Shown here: positions 19,646 through 29,662 of the stretch, piece after piece
Layout of the letters: the number at the start of each line of letters is the position of its first letter
Position numbering within the stretch: the first letter of the stretch is position 1
NCBI GenBank assembly: GCA_050916035.1
Contig: CP050876.1
Location: forward strand, 135,923 to 199,922
Direction: 5' to 3'
DNA from: Vampirovibrio sp.
Lineage (GTDB): Bacteria; Cyanobacteriota; Vampirovibrionia; Vampirovibrionales; JAJTHC01
DNA length: 64,000 nucleotides
Position numbers and translations under genes: made by a program
Notes under the pieces: model-generated
Told to the model about the DNA's origin: nothing
The model's input: the letters and a program-made list of their open reading frames with translations, nothing else
The model's database searches: none

Positions 19646-21124
19646 CTAGCGTGGGAATTGTATTTCACATTCAAAACTGCGTTCACACGGAAAGGACGCT
19701 TCAATTCGTTTGGATCCTAATCCCAAGACTTGCAAAATCCAATGGCCGTGACGCCAGAGTGCATCGCTTAAGTGAAGGCTATCTAAAGGACGCTTACTGA
19801 GTCGCCATAAATGACGTACATGGCTTTGATACACCCCGTCATCCAGCAAGTGAATCGCCATGCTTTTACGGTGACTGCTGCCTGAACCGGTACCATATTT
19901 TTGTGCATACACATAGCCTAACCCCATCGCTAATCCTGAACCGACGGCATTGCCTGGCGTATTCCAAGCGGCATAAGCCGCGAGTTGTGGAATAACATCA
20001 GGCTCTTCTTTCAGCGCCTTTAAGAGTAAAGGATCCGCGCCGTTGGCGTAAGCGACGTCGACCAAAACAACGGCTTTCCCTAGTGCAATGGCCTCGGTGG
20101 TTTTAGCGAGCGTTTCATACGCATCATTCATGGTGGTGTCGCTCGGAAGGCTTACCCCATGATCTCCCATACGGAGATGAGGCGCATGCATAATTAGGAC
20201 CACATCGGCTTCTTCTAGGTGAAGGACACGCTTGGCCCCACAGGCTTTAATGCGTTGAAGTCCCACGTTTTTCAGGGCTTGTCCGTCAAATTTGGCCATA
20301 ATGTCTAAAGACTGGGGGGACTGCATCCATACTCGCAACGGATCTTCTAGCTGGTCTGCCAAGGCTTTAATCAACAGCGTATGGGCGACTTCATCTGCCC
20401 CTGTTTGCACATGGGCACGATCCGTTAATGCTAAGCTTTCAATGCGTTCTCGAAGGGTTTCAGCTTCATAAACATTTAAGCCTGATTCGCCACGGTCATC
20501 TTCACAAAAGACCAATTGACCCAAGCGATTTTGTTGAAGTAATTGTAATAAGCGTAGGTTGTGCCAGTGATTTCGTTCTCGACGGGTGACAAAGTCTTTA
20601 ATGACTTCAAGGGGAGGCTTTTCCTCTTCCCATTCTAAAGAACGCCAATTCTGCATTAGAATATTTTTTTGATGAAGACGTTGCGAAAAACGAGACAAGC
20701 ATTCGCCCCACGTCGCCCAGTAGCTTGGTTCTTCTTCATCATTATTATAGGTAGGGATGCGTAAAACACTGGAAAATCCATAAAGCTTCGGAACGGATTT
20801 TAAAATCGCCATACTTTTTTCAAGCGTTCGAATTAAATCTTCGTTGGATTCTTCTCCAATTCGACTAGGGATTAACCCCCCGTAGCTGAGTAAATCTAAG
20901 GATATAATGGCCGCCTGAACAGGGTGTTTGGCTAAAGTACGTTGCATCCAGTGGCGTAAATCTTCTAATTGAGCGGGTGTTTTAAGTTGGCCTAAGAGTG
21001 AGGCAGGGGGGAGAAGCACCTGAATCCCCGTTAATCGCGCTAAATTTTCCACGGCCTGATAACAGACGGGGCGGGCGTCTAAAGGAATGACTAAAAAGCA
21101 AGGGGGAAGGGGTACAACAGTCAT
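19646..21124 (-). CDS. DUF4127-family protein
   Basis: IPLDARPV, SLDLLSYGGLIPSR, GADEV, VDVAYANGAD, YAAWNTPGNAVG. Confidence 0.85.
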   Translation of the reverse strand: MTVVPLPPCFLVIPLDARPVCYQAVENLARLTGIQVLLPPASLLGQLKTPAQLEDLRHWMQRTLAKHPVQAAIISLDLLSYGGLIPSRIGEESNEDLIRTLEKSMAILKSVPKLYGFSSVLRIPTYNNDEEEPSYWATWGECLSRFSQRLHQKNILMQNWRSLEWEEEKPPLEVIKDFVTRRERNHWHNLRLLQLLQQNRLGQLVFCEDDRGESGLNVYEAETLRERIESLALTDRAHVQTGADEVAHTLLIKALADQLEDPLRVWMQSPQSLDIMAKFDGQALKNVGLQRIKACGAKRVLHLEEADVVLIMHAPHLRMGDHGVSLPSDTTMNDAYETLAKTTEAIALGKAVVLVDVAYANGADPLLLKALKEEPDVIPQLAAYAAWNTPGNAVGSGLAMGLGYVYAQKYGTGSGSSHRKSMAIHLLDDGVYQSHVRHLWRLSKRPLDSLHLSDALWRHGHWILQVLGLGSKRIEASFPCERSFECEIQFPR

Positions 21125-21234
21125 TTAAGTGCTTCTCTTTGTTAAACAGTTGTGTTTATTGTAACATGAATACCACTTCAGATTCAGTGAAGTGTACTTT
21201 AATTCCCCTATTTAACTCGATAAAGATTTTTACC

Positions 21235-21702
21235 ATGACCGAAGATTCAGCACACTTGATTCCCTCCTCACTTAAACGACTTCCCAGTAGCGCTTTAGAA
21301 TGGGCCACATGGGCCGCTTATTTGGCCGATTCTAAAAAAGCCTTGGACATCCAAGTGCTTAAAACCGAAGATGTGACCACCTTGGCGGACTACTTTGTGA
21401 TTTGTACAGGGCAGTCTAAACCGCAAGCCCGCGCGATTGCCGAAGAAATTGCCTATGTTTTTCGCCACGCTGGCAATACGGCGATTGGTGATGAAAGAGA
21501 TGTTGCCAATACTTGGTGCTTACTTGATTTTACCGACGTGGTGATTCATGTCATGCAGGCGGAAGCTCGTGACTTTTATAGCCTTGAAAAATTTTGGAAT
21601 CACGCGGAACTGGTTCCTGCACAAGCTTGGCATCAGGTTGCCGAAGACTTGGGACTCTTGACTTTAGAAGTAGAGTCTTCTTCCTCGTCTTCTTTTGAAT
21701 AA
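21235..21702 (+). CDS. rsfS: Ribosome silencing factor (Iojap)
   Basis: KKALDI, ADYFVICTG, WCLLDFTDVVIHV, RDFYSLEKFW. Confidence 0.93.
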   Translation: MTEDSAHLIPSSLKRLPSSALEWATWAAYLADSKKALDIQVLKTEDVTTLADYFVICTGQSKPQARAIAEEIAYVFRHAGNTAIGDERDVANTWCLLDFTDVVIHVMQAEARDFYSLEKFWNHAELVPAQAWHQVAEDLGLLTLEVESSSSSSFE

Positions 21703-21778
21703 GATTTACATAGGCACGCGTTTTTATCGCAAGATTCTTGTTTCATTGCGTTTTATTGAAGTATAAGGAAGCTCCTTT

Positions 21779-23107
21779 ATGACCCCTCTTTCTTTGCAAG
21801 AGCTCAGCAAGCGCCCTAAGAGCCATGCTATTTTTGAAAAGGCGAAAGGTTTGATGCCAGGGGGCGTTAATAGCCCTGTCCGTGGCTTTCGTTCCGTGGG
21901 GGGGGGCTTGCCTGTGGTGATTAAAAACGCCAAAGGGGCTTATATTACGGATGAAGACGAGCTTCGCTATTTAGATTACGTGTTAAGTTGGGGCCCTGCT
22001 ATTTTAGGGCATGCGGACCCTGCTGTTGTCAAAGCCGTTCAAGACGTGGCGGAACAAGGCTTAAGCTTTGGTGCCCCTACCGTGCTTGAAAATCAGCTGG
22101 CGGAACAGGTGATTCACATGATGCCGTCGCTAGAGCGTCTACGGATGGTCAGTTCAGGGACGGAAGCCGTGATGTCCGCCATTCGTCTGGCTCGCGCCTA
22201 TACCCAGCGTTCATTGCTTATTAAGTTTGAAGGGTGCTACCATGGGCATGCGGATGCCCTGCTCGTTAAAGCAGGCAGTGGTGCTTTGACGTTAGGGATT
22301 CCCGATTCGGCGGGAATTAGTCCTGAAACGGCACAGATGACTTTAACCGCCACGTTTAATGACTTAGACAGTGTCGATGCCTTACTTGAGGCTTACCCCA
22401 ACGCCATTGCGGCTATTTTAGTGGAGCCTGTTGCGGGTAATATGGGCTGTATCCCTCCAACGGCTGGGTTTTTAGAAGGCTTACGCGAACGATGTAACGC
22501 CACAGGGAGCCTCTTGATTTTTGATGAAGTCATGACAGGATTTCGTGTGGCTTTGGGGGGAGGCCAAGCCCATTACGGCGTCGAGGCGGATATCACGACC
22601 TTAGGGAAAATCTTAGGCGGCGGCTTACCTGTGGGGGCTTACGGAGGACGGCAAGACATTATGGAATGGGTGGCCCCTCTAGGGCCGATGTATCAAGCAG
22701 GGACGCTCTCAGGGAATCCCTTAGGTATGACCGCGGGTTTGGTGACGTTAAAGGCCTTGTCTCAAATCGGGGTGTATGACGGTTTAGATCGTTATGCTCG
22801 ACGTCTCGTCGAAGGGGCGTCTGCCTTATGTGACGCGCAGGGTGTACCGTGTAGCGTCACACAAGTGGGGGGCATGTTTTCCCTCTTTTTTGTGGAAGGG
22901 GGCGTGACGTGCTTTGCGGATGTTTGCCGTAGTTCTAAACCCTTCTTTAATGCCTTTTTCTGGGCCATGCTGGAAGCGGGGGTGTATTTGGCGCCTTCTC
23001 CTTTTGAAGCAAGCTTTACGTCGACTTGTCATGGGGAAGCCGAATTGGCTCACACGTTAAATGCCATGGACTATGCGTTGAAAAAAGCCAAGGCTTCCGT
23101 ATTGTAG
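21779..23107 (+). CDS. hemL: Glutamate-1-semialdehyde 2,1-aminomutase
   Basis: MPGGVNSPVR, SGTEAVM, GCYHGH, FDEVMTGFR, LGKILGGGLP, YQAGTLSGNP. Confidence 0.97.
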   Translation: MTPLSLQELSKRPKSHAIFEKAKGLMPGGVNSPVRGFRSVGGGLPVVIKNAKGAYITDEDELRYLDYVLSWGPAILGHADPAVVKAVQDVAEQGLSFGAPTVLENQLAEQVIHMMPSLERLRMVSSGTEAVMSAIRLARAYTQRSLLIKFEGCYHGHADALLVKAGSGALTLGIPDSAGISPETAQMTLTATFNDLDSVDALLEAYPNAIAAILVEPVAGNMGCIPPTAGFLEGLRERCNATGSLLIFDEVMTGFRVALGGGQAHYGVEADITTLGKILGGGLPVGAYGGRQDIMEWVAPLGPMYQAGTLSGNPLGMTAGLVTLKALSQIGVYDGLDRYARRLVEGASALCDAQGVPCSVTQVGGMFSLFFVEGGVTCFADVCRSSKPFFNAFFWAMLEAGVYLAPSPFEASFTSTCHGEAELAHTLNAMDYALKKAKASVL

Positions 23108-23119
23108 AAGCATCTTTGA

Positions 23120-23437
23120 AGAGGCTCTTTTTTGGATGGCTGGTTTTCGTTTCGAGCTTGTGCCGTCAGAGACCTTTGCGCCGCCAAAGGTCTCTGACAC
23201 CTCTAAAGCGGTTCAAGGAGGGGGAAAGAAAAGGAAATCGTTGCGGCTCTCCTTCTCTTCCCCCCTCCTTGAAAATCCTCCCCCCTACTCATCCTTTTCG
23301 CTTGCCCCACTCGCTCCCGTGGGACGTCCGCAAAATCGTTCGGGGATTCGCAATCCGCTCACCCGCTCGGATTTAGTGCGTGAACGTCTGTTACTGCAAC
23401 GATTTAAAGCCTCTCGTTTTTTAGATGAAAAACACTA
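23120..23437 (-). repeat. Dispersed structured repeat, copy B
   Basis: Aligns over its length with the reverse complement of 51625-51930 and with 3893-4200; lies between convergent hemL and the permease gene. Confidence 0.9.
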
Positions 23438-23461
23438 GAGTGATAAAACCTTTCAACAACA

Positions 23462-25096
23462 CTAATGTGGAGCAGCTGTGACCAAAACAGGCGCTTCTGC
23501 AAGGGTGCAAGACGGTGCTTGTTCTGACTCATTCATGATGCTGTGCCGTATGCCGTAGCCAAAATAAATGCCCAAACCAATGGCGGAGGCCACCAACATT
23601 AAGAACCAAGCCGTCGCGGACAAGGAGTACATCAGCCAAGCACAGCCTAAGGCCCCTAGGATAGGCGTAATAATGCCAAAGGGTGCTTTGAAAGGGCGTG
23701 CCGCATCAGGCATCGTGAAACGTAGGATGATCACCGACACACAGACCATCATAAAGACAAATAACGTCCCTAAATTCGCAATTTGTGCCAATAAGGCAAT
23801 AGGCAATAGGCCCGAACCCACTGCATCAATAAGTCCGACGACCCAAGTGGCCACCAAGGGCACCCCTAAGTGGGGGTCCATTTTTTGGAGAAAAGCAGGG
23901 AGTAAGCGGTCTCTCGCAATGGAATAGACCACTCGAATCGTGGCCATTTGCATAATTAACATGACGGAACTAATACCGATAATTTCCCCAATGACGACCA
24001 ATAAATCTGCGCCAGGGACCTTCATCGCGGTCATGGTTTGCGCGACTGAAGCGGTACGGTGAATTTCTTCTAAAGGATTCACCGCCGTGACAATCATGGT
24101 AACGGCCACGTAGAGAATCGTACAGATTAATAAAGAACCTAAAATACCAATGGGCATGTCTTTTTGAGGATTATACGCTTCTTCAGCAGAACAAGCCAAG
24201 GCATCAAAACCAACATACGCAAAGAACATTAAGGCTGCTCCTTTGACAATACCTGAATGACCAAAAGGTGCGAAAGTCTTCCAACCTTGAGCGAACCAAT
24301 GCTGAGGGAGTAAAAGGGGATGTGTCAACAGAAACCAAGTTCCAATGGCGATAAAAAATAAAATAATCCCCAATTTAATATAGACCATGACGGTGGCGAG
24401 CTTGGCATTTTCTTCCACCCCGCGGGCCAGTAACCACGCACAAATAATTAAGCCGACAAAGGGAAGAAAGTCAAAACTTTGGTTGATGACTAAGGTGAAG
24501 GCCTCTGTCGAGCCAGGGAAAGAAAAGGGAATTTGCTGGAGCGCCACAGACGTTTCATGCTTAGGGATATGTTGACCCTTTTCCAAAACCGTAAAGGTCG
24601 ACGTATTTAACCACGCGGGTAAAGTAGCCGCCAGATGAGGGAGATGCGTCCAGTCGGCCAAGGCTTGACTGAAAATCTGAAACCCGTAAGCAATGGTTTT
24701 GCCCCAGCCTTGGGCAATACACATATTGCCCGCCATGTATTCCACGACCAGCACCCAGCCGACAATCCACGCCATGAATTCTCCAAGTGCTGTAAACATA
24801 TAAGAATACGCGGAGCCTGAAATAGGAATCAGTGTGGCGAGTTCACTATAAGACAAGGCACAAAAACCACAAATGACCCCTGTCAGTAGAATCGAAATCA
24901 CTAAGGCGGGCCCTGCCCCATCCGCGGCGGCTTGTCCCGTGAGTACAAAAATACCCGTGCCAATCATCGCGGACACCCCGAAGACTACCAGATCTTTTGC
25001 TGTTAGGGTACGTTTTAATGTGGCATGTGCAGTTTCTTTTTCAGGCAAGGGACGAGAACGTGTGAGAGATTGCCAAAGCGAAGGGGTAGACATCAT
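23462..25096 (-). CDS. APC-superfamily amino acid permease (YfnA/CAT-like)
   Basis: MIGTGIFV, AGPAL, ELATLIPISGSAYSY, FFAYVGFD, AEEAYNPQKDMPIGI, RPFKAP. Confidence 0.93.
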   Translation of the reverse strand: MMSTPSLWQSLTRSRPLPEKETAHATLKRTLTAKDLVVFGVSAMIGTGIFVLTGQAAADGAGPALVISILLTGVICGFCALSYSELATLIPISGSAYSYMFTALGEFMAWIVGWVLVVEYMAGNMCIAQGWGKTIAYGFQIFSQALADWTHLPHLAATLPAWLNTSTFTVLEKGQHIPKHETSVALQQIPFSFPGSTEAFTLVINQSFDFLPFVGLIICAWLLARGVEENAKLATVMVYIKLGIILFFIAIGTWFLLTHPLLLPQHWFAQGWKTFAPFGHSGIVKGAALMFFAYVGFDALACSAEEAYNPQKDMPIGILGSLLICTILYVAVTMIVTAVNPLEEIHRTASVAQTMTAMKVPGADLLVVIGEIIGISSVMLIMQMATIRVVYSIARDRLLPAFLQKMDPHLGVPLVATWVVGLIDAVGSGLLPIALLAQIANLGTLFVFMMVCVSVIILRFTMPDAARPFKAPFGIITPILGALGCAWLMYSLSATAWFLMLVASAIGLGIYFGYGIRHSIMNESEQAPSCTLAEAPVLVTAAPH

Positions 25097-25421
25097 CAGT
25101 ACAAAATCCTTTATTAAGCGATCTCACATCAGAAACATGAGCAAACGGCAACAGGGTCTTTATGAAAGCAATTTTAAGATAAATACACCGTAGGGTGGAT
25201 ACCATTCAGATGAAGGATCCGTCACAATTTAAGTAAGGATGCTAAAAGTTCGATACTTAATCGTAAAAAGGCATCAGCATTATAAAAATACTATACATGC
25301 AATTTTTTAATTTTAACAAAAATGTAATATTTTTGAAAGATCTTTCCTTATGACTGTTACATTAAGCCGTATGCGTCGATAATGGGATGTTCTGTAAACG
25401 AACCCAGAGGAGGTTCCCAGT

Positions 25422-27164
25422 ATGATGAGTATGACATTTTCGGGAATTAATTCAGGGCTTCCTGTCAATCAAATCATTGACAGTATTATCGCGTCTGAAC
25501 GTAGGCCATTAGATACTATACAGGAGCGTATCACTAAAACACAGACTCAAAAATCGACTTTAAGTACGATCCAGTCTCGGGTCAATACCTTTAAAACCGC
25601 TTTAAAAGCCTTTACCTCTACCTCTATTTTAGATGAAAATATCTTTCAAGCCCGAAAGGCGACCTCTTCTGTGACAGACGCCTTAGACGTGACGGCCAGT
25701 CAGGGATCAAGCCTGAGTGCCTTGAAAATCAAAATCAATGCCTTGGCGACCTCTACCACCGCGACGTCCACATCTAAGGCGGCTGCCGTGGCGACGGGTA
25801 CCACTTTGTTAAGTGGGATTAAGAATGTCTCTTTAACGTCTGGTACGTTTAACGTGTATGTGAACGGGGTGGCCAGCAGCGTGAGTGTGGATGCCGCAGT
25901 AGACACCTTTGATAGCGTGTTAAATCGTATTAAGGCCATTAGTGGTATTAGTAATGCGTCTGTTAATAGTGATGGCCAGTTGGAAGTGACTCCCACTAGT
26001 CCTGGGACCGTTTCTTTTGGCTCTACAGGGGATACCTCTAACTTTTTGAAGCTTTCCAAGCTCGATGTGGCCACCGAAAATGCAGGAAAATTTACGGGGA
26101 ACCAGTATTTTTCTAAGTTGGATTTGACACAAAGTGTGTCTTCGGCTAGCGCAGGGCTGGCCACTACGGTGACCGCAGGGTCTACGTTTAAAATAGGAAA
26201 GGCCACCTTTGATACTACAGGAAAAACGCTAGCTGAAGTGATTAATGCCATTAATAATTCGGCGGATGCAGGGGTCAATGCTTCTTTTAATGGAACGACT
26301 AACCGTTTAGAATTGAGTTCTAAATCCACAGGGCAGGTCGCCATTCAAATGCAAGACCTGACAGGTAATTTTTTAGAGGCGGTTAAATTAGTCAATGGTG
26401 GTAATAGCTTGACGTCTCAATCGCTGGGGACCAATGCACAAGTGACCATCAATGGGGCGACTTATTTGTCGACCAGTAATGATGTTTCTGAAACGCAAAC
26501 AGGCATAAAAGGCGTTACCTTAAAGTTAAAACAAGTCAAAACGGACGCCGATATTAATGTCTTAGTTGAACAAGACACCACCAAGCTCAACACAGCTTTA
26601 GACAATGTGGTGACTGCTTTTAATAGCCTCATTGGCACCATCGACACCGAAACGAAAGTCGATACAGGAAAGCTCCCTGGGCAAAGTAATGTGCGGAGCT
26701 TTAGAAATCAAATTCGTCAAACGATGTCCACCAATACTACAGGGACAGGGAGCTATAATAGCTTGGGCTTGGTAGGAATTTCAACGGCCAATAGTAATGG
26801 ACAGTCTGCCAATTCCACACTCACCTTCGATTCTGCAAAATTTACGACGGCTCTCAAAACGAGTCCAGATGATGTTGAATCCTTGATTAAAGGGACCAAT
26901 GGAATTTTTACAAAATTACAAACCCTTGTAGATGAAGCGCTGAAAACGGGAACGGACAGCACCGGAAAAGGCTTGTTTCAAAATTTAAATGACACTTATG
27001 ATGCCTTTGTGACCCGTTCTAAGCAAAGTATCACTAAAGGGGAAGAACGCTTGGCCAAACGCCGAACCCAATTACAAAGGCAGTATGCCGCTTCGGATTC
27101 TCTCATCGCTCAATACAGAAGTCAAGGGACGGCGATTAGTGGTATATCTACAGCAGCCAAGTAA
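25422..27164 (+). CDS. fliD: Flagellar filament cap protein
   Basis: N-terminal FSGINSGL..IIDSII, GTNAQVTING..SN..GVTLKL, C-terminal LQRQYAASD. Confidence 0.92.
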   Translation: MMSMTFSGINSGLPVNQIIDSIIASERRPLDTIQERITKTQTQKSTLSTIQSRVNTFKTALKAFTSTSILDENIFQARKATSSVTDALDVTASQGSSLSALKIKINALATSTTATSTSKAAAVATGTTLLSGIKNVSLTSGTFNVYVNGVASSVSVDAAVDTFDSVLNRIKAISGISNASVNSDGQLEVTPTSPGTVSFGSTGDTSNFLKLSKLDVATENAGKFTGNQYFSKLDLTQSVSSASAGLATTVTAGSTFKIGKATFDTTGKTLAEVINAINNSADAGVNASFNGTTNRLELSSKSTGQVAIQMQDLTGNFLEAVKLVNGGNSLTSQSLGTNAQVTINGATYLSTSNDVSETQTGIKGVTLKLKQVKTDADINVLVEQDTTKLNTALDNVVTAFNSLIGTIDTETKVDTGKLPGQSNVRSFRNQIRQTMSTNTTGTGSYNSLGLVGISTANSNGQSANSTLTFDSAKFTTALKTSPDDVESLIKGTNGIFTKLQTLVDEALKTGTDSTGKGLFQNLNDTYDAFVTRSKQSITKGEERLAKRRTQLQRQYAASDSLIAQYRSQGTAISGISTAAK

Positions 27165-27185
27165 ACAAGTGTAACAGTATGTAAC
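27161..27185. promoter_or_regulatory. 10-bp-period GTAAC direct repeat (OmpR-family/HLR1-like box) upstream of tRNA-fMet
   Basis: Reverse complement GTTACATA-CT-GTTACACT; GTAA recurs at 27161, 27171 and 27181. Confidence 0.4.
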
Positions 27186-27246
27186 ATAACATCGAACAGG
27201 CTTGTGTACTTAAAGGTTTAGAGTAGACTTAACGTATTGATGACGT

Positions 27247-27323
<77 letters not shown>

Positions 27324-27521
27324 TTTTTAAATCTGAACTTTTTATCTCTTGATGTGAACTTTTATATTCAGTGTCTAACACTTTCCCCTATTTAGTCAGA
27401 GTGTTTTTTCATATTTCTGTTAAGCGTTGGTCGCTTCAATTCCTTTATTCAGGGGTATCGACTCCGTCGTGGATTTCGTATAATGACACCTACCGTTAAT
27501 GTCCTTTAGAAAACACGCCCC

Positions 27522-27836
27522 ATGATTTTAGAAGCCTTTGCCGAAATTTTAAAAACGCAGTTTATCCATCGAGGCTCTGCCGTTTCTCTGTTGCAGGACT
27601 GGTTGCGTATGCATTTGAAGCACAGTGACCCACACAGCGCGGACAAGGTGCGGGATGTCCTCGTCGCTGAAATTGAACTGACCTGCGAAAGTCCCCTGCT
27701 TTTATTTCAAGGCAAAAGCCCTAGTGGGGATATCTTACTGAAAAGCCTTTATGAGTATTGCTTGTCTTATGAAGATTGGCAGTATCGGCGCTGGTTGCAT
27801 CAGGTGAAAGCCTCCGATTTTAACCGAGAATTTTAA
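27522..27836 (+). CDS. Hypothetical protein
   Basis: 104-aa ORF with globular-looking composition, TATAAT upstream and a hairpin downstream. Confidence 0.7.
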   Translation: MILEAFAEILKTQFIHRGSAVSLLQDWLRMHLKHSDPHSADKVRDVLVAEIELTCESPLLLFQGKSPSGDILLKSLYEYCLSYEDWQYRRWLHQVKASDFNREF

Positions 27837-27844
27837 CAAGAAAT

Positions 27845-27887
27845 AAGGCCAGTCGCTTACTGGATGATATCCAAGTGAGACGGCCTT
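27845..27887 (+). terminator. Stem-loop after the 27522-27836 gene
   Basis: AAGGCC...TGGAT-GAT-ATCCA...GGCCTT. Confidence 0.45.
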
Positions 27888-28012
27888 CGTAACAAAATAT
27901 AACGGCTTGGGCATTCTATCCGTGTTAAACGGGTTTTATGCTTCTAGAGTAAGGCGATTCAGGAGACCCTTGCGCATTTTTAACAAACGTCGTACCGATT
28001 AAGGAGTTTTTT

Positions 28013-28987
28013 ATGGCTGATTTATCTTCTATTCCCCCACAAAATACTGCGGTCAATCCCCGTTCTTCTGGACGGCCTAGGGTTGCCCCCGAACCCCCTG
28101 CAGAAGACAACACCGTTTTAGGTCTAGGGGTGGGAGTTGCCTTAGCAGGCGGTCTCGCAGGAGGGACCTATCTGGCCAATGGGGTTAAAAAATATAAGGA
28201 CGGGACAGAATTTCGCCACGGCGGAACTGGATTTATGAAAACAGAAGACGGTGGCTTGCTTATCGCCAAGAATGAATCTCTAAGTGAAGCCATGAAGATG
28301 GGGAAATCCTTAGGTGAAGCAGGCGTGGATCCTGAAACGGCATTACAGACACTGGAGCTTAAACGTAAAAATCCCAAACTCGTTGCCTATAAATTCAATT
28401 CAGATGGTAAATTAGACTTCTTTCACAAATTTGGAGCCACAGATGTGCATTCTTTAGACACAACAGAAAAGTTCAACACGAATGGACAACTCCTTGAGGG
28501 TAAGCACGAATCCAAAAATTATTCCATTCGTTCATGGGAAAGTCATGAAACTCCTGGCCAACAACATGTCACGATCGCCAAAAAAAATAATAGCACTAGT
28601 GCTCCCAACACGACCTATGACACCCTATTTTCTGGAAATGTTGACCCCACTCAACACAAAAGCATTAAGATTAACGAAGACACCTTGCAAAAAATGAAGC
28701 ATGGTAATGACTTACAAGCAGAAATGGCAGACGTGCTAATCCCCACCAAAGGCGCGGACCCTAAGCTCAAAACTTTTGCCGTAGAACCTTTTGCCCTTTC
28801 CGCAGAAGACCGCTTAAAAGACTTGCCCAAGGGGCTACCCACTAAATTTGCAGACGTGGAAGGGTATCTCAAGCACGTCCAGCTCAAAAATACAGGCATT
28901 GCCTTAGGCGTGGGGGTGGCTTTAGGCACACTCGCGTACTTGGGCATTACGCAAGCGGGTAAACCCAAGTTGGAACCCACTTCATAA
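28013..28987 (+). CDS. Hypothetical protein with two terminal glycine-zipper TM helices
   Basis: LGVGVALAGGLAGG near the N-terminus and LGVGVALGTLAYLG at the C-terminus; TAAGGAG RBS. Confidence 0.8.
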   Translation: MADLSSIPPQNTAVNPRSSGRPRVAPEPPAEDNTVLGLGVGVALAGGLAGGTYLANGVKKYKDGTEFRHGGTGFMKTEDGGLLIAKNESLSEAMKMGKSLGEAGVDPETALQTLELKRKNPKLVAYKFNSDGKLDFFHKFGATDVHSLDTTEKFNTNGQLLEGKHESKNYSIRSWESHETPGQQHVTIAKKNNSTSAPNTTYDTLFSGNVDPTQHKSIKINEDTLQKMKHGNDLQAEMADVLIPTKGADPKLKTFAVEPFALSAEDRLKDLPKGLPTKFADVEGYLKHVQLKNTGIALGVGVALGTLAYLGITQAGKPKLEPTS

Positions 28988-29092
28988 CAATTAAAAGACG
29001 GGGCTTCCCCCACCGCATAAAAAGCCTGTGTTATAATGAAAGGTGTTCGCTTGTTTGAGCGTTTGTCCTCCATTACACAAGGAAATGCTGTC

Positions 29093-29662
29093 ATGAAAAC
29101 CCACCTCATTGAAGAACCCATGCCCTACAATGGGGAAGCCTTGTCCCCGCACTGGATTTACAAAAATGTCGGGATTCTAGGCAACGCCGTGGTGTCTTTT
29201 CGTGGGGCTTGTGATGTAAACTTGGCCCGCATGGTGGATTTGGAAGATGTCCTCAATGCGGATCAAATCTATTCGCAAGACATGCAACACTTTATTATTG
29301 AATTGTTTGACGCCTCTTTAAAAGAAGGTGTTTTACTCCAGCGTTTATTTTCTTCTATTCTCCAACACCGACTCAACGACTTGCTTGAAGGTCATGTGAT
29401 CGAACGCCGTGGGGATGACTTGTTCTTTCAACAAACCAAAAAATTGTCCGTCTCCATTTGCACCCCTTCGGTGACGTCCGTGCTGATGCATGTGGGGCTT
29501 AATATTGATTCGACCAACGCCCCTGTTGAAGCGGCGGGACTGGCGTCTGACTTAGGCTTGAGCGCGGAGCAAATTCAGCAATTCCCCATCACCGTGATGC
29601 GCTCCTTACGGGATGAATGGAAGGATATTCGCCAAGCCTGCTGTAAAGTCCGTGCCGTGTAA
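29093..29662 (+). CDS. DUF366-family protein (lipoate/biotin ligase-like fold)
   Basis: YNGEALSPHWIY, FRGACDV, MVDLEDV, QRLF, RRGDDLF, KKLSVSI, KVR. Confidence 0.85.
   Translation: MKTHLIEEPMPYNGEALSPHWIYKNVGILGNAVVSFRGACDVNLARMVDLEDVLNADQIYSQDMQHFIIELFDASLKEGVLLQRLFSSILQHRLNDLLEGHVIERRGDDLFFQQTKKLSVSICTPSVTSVLMHVGLNIDSTNAPVEAAGLASDLGLSAEQIQQFPITVMRSLRDEWKDIRQACCKVRAV

Noticed and set aside
23026-23438. ORFs 23026-23376 and 23136-23438, plus 3993-4184 and 51217-51837; the 23136 and 51217 ORFs share the peptide LRLSFSSPLLENPPP..LTRSDLVR
   Set aside because: The similarity follows from the DNA repeat. Starts and ends differ between copies, there is no RBS, and copy A does not keep the peptide.
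25700-26962. Long antisense ORFs inside fliD, with similar ones inside recA, SNF2, hemL and frr
   Set aside because: Shadow frames of real genes with no independent coding signal.
27334-27365. TGAACTTTT(T)AT direct repeat after tRNA-fMet; CCTAAGCGA repeat at ~16770 and ~16790
   Set aside because: Two short units only; not an array and plausible by chance.
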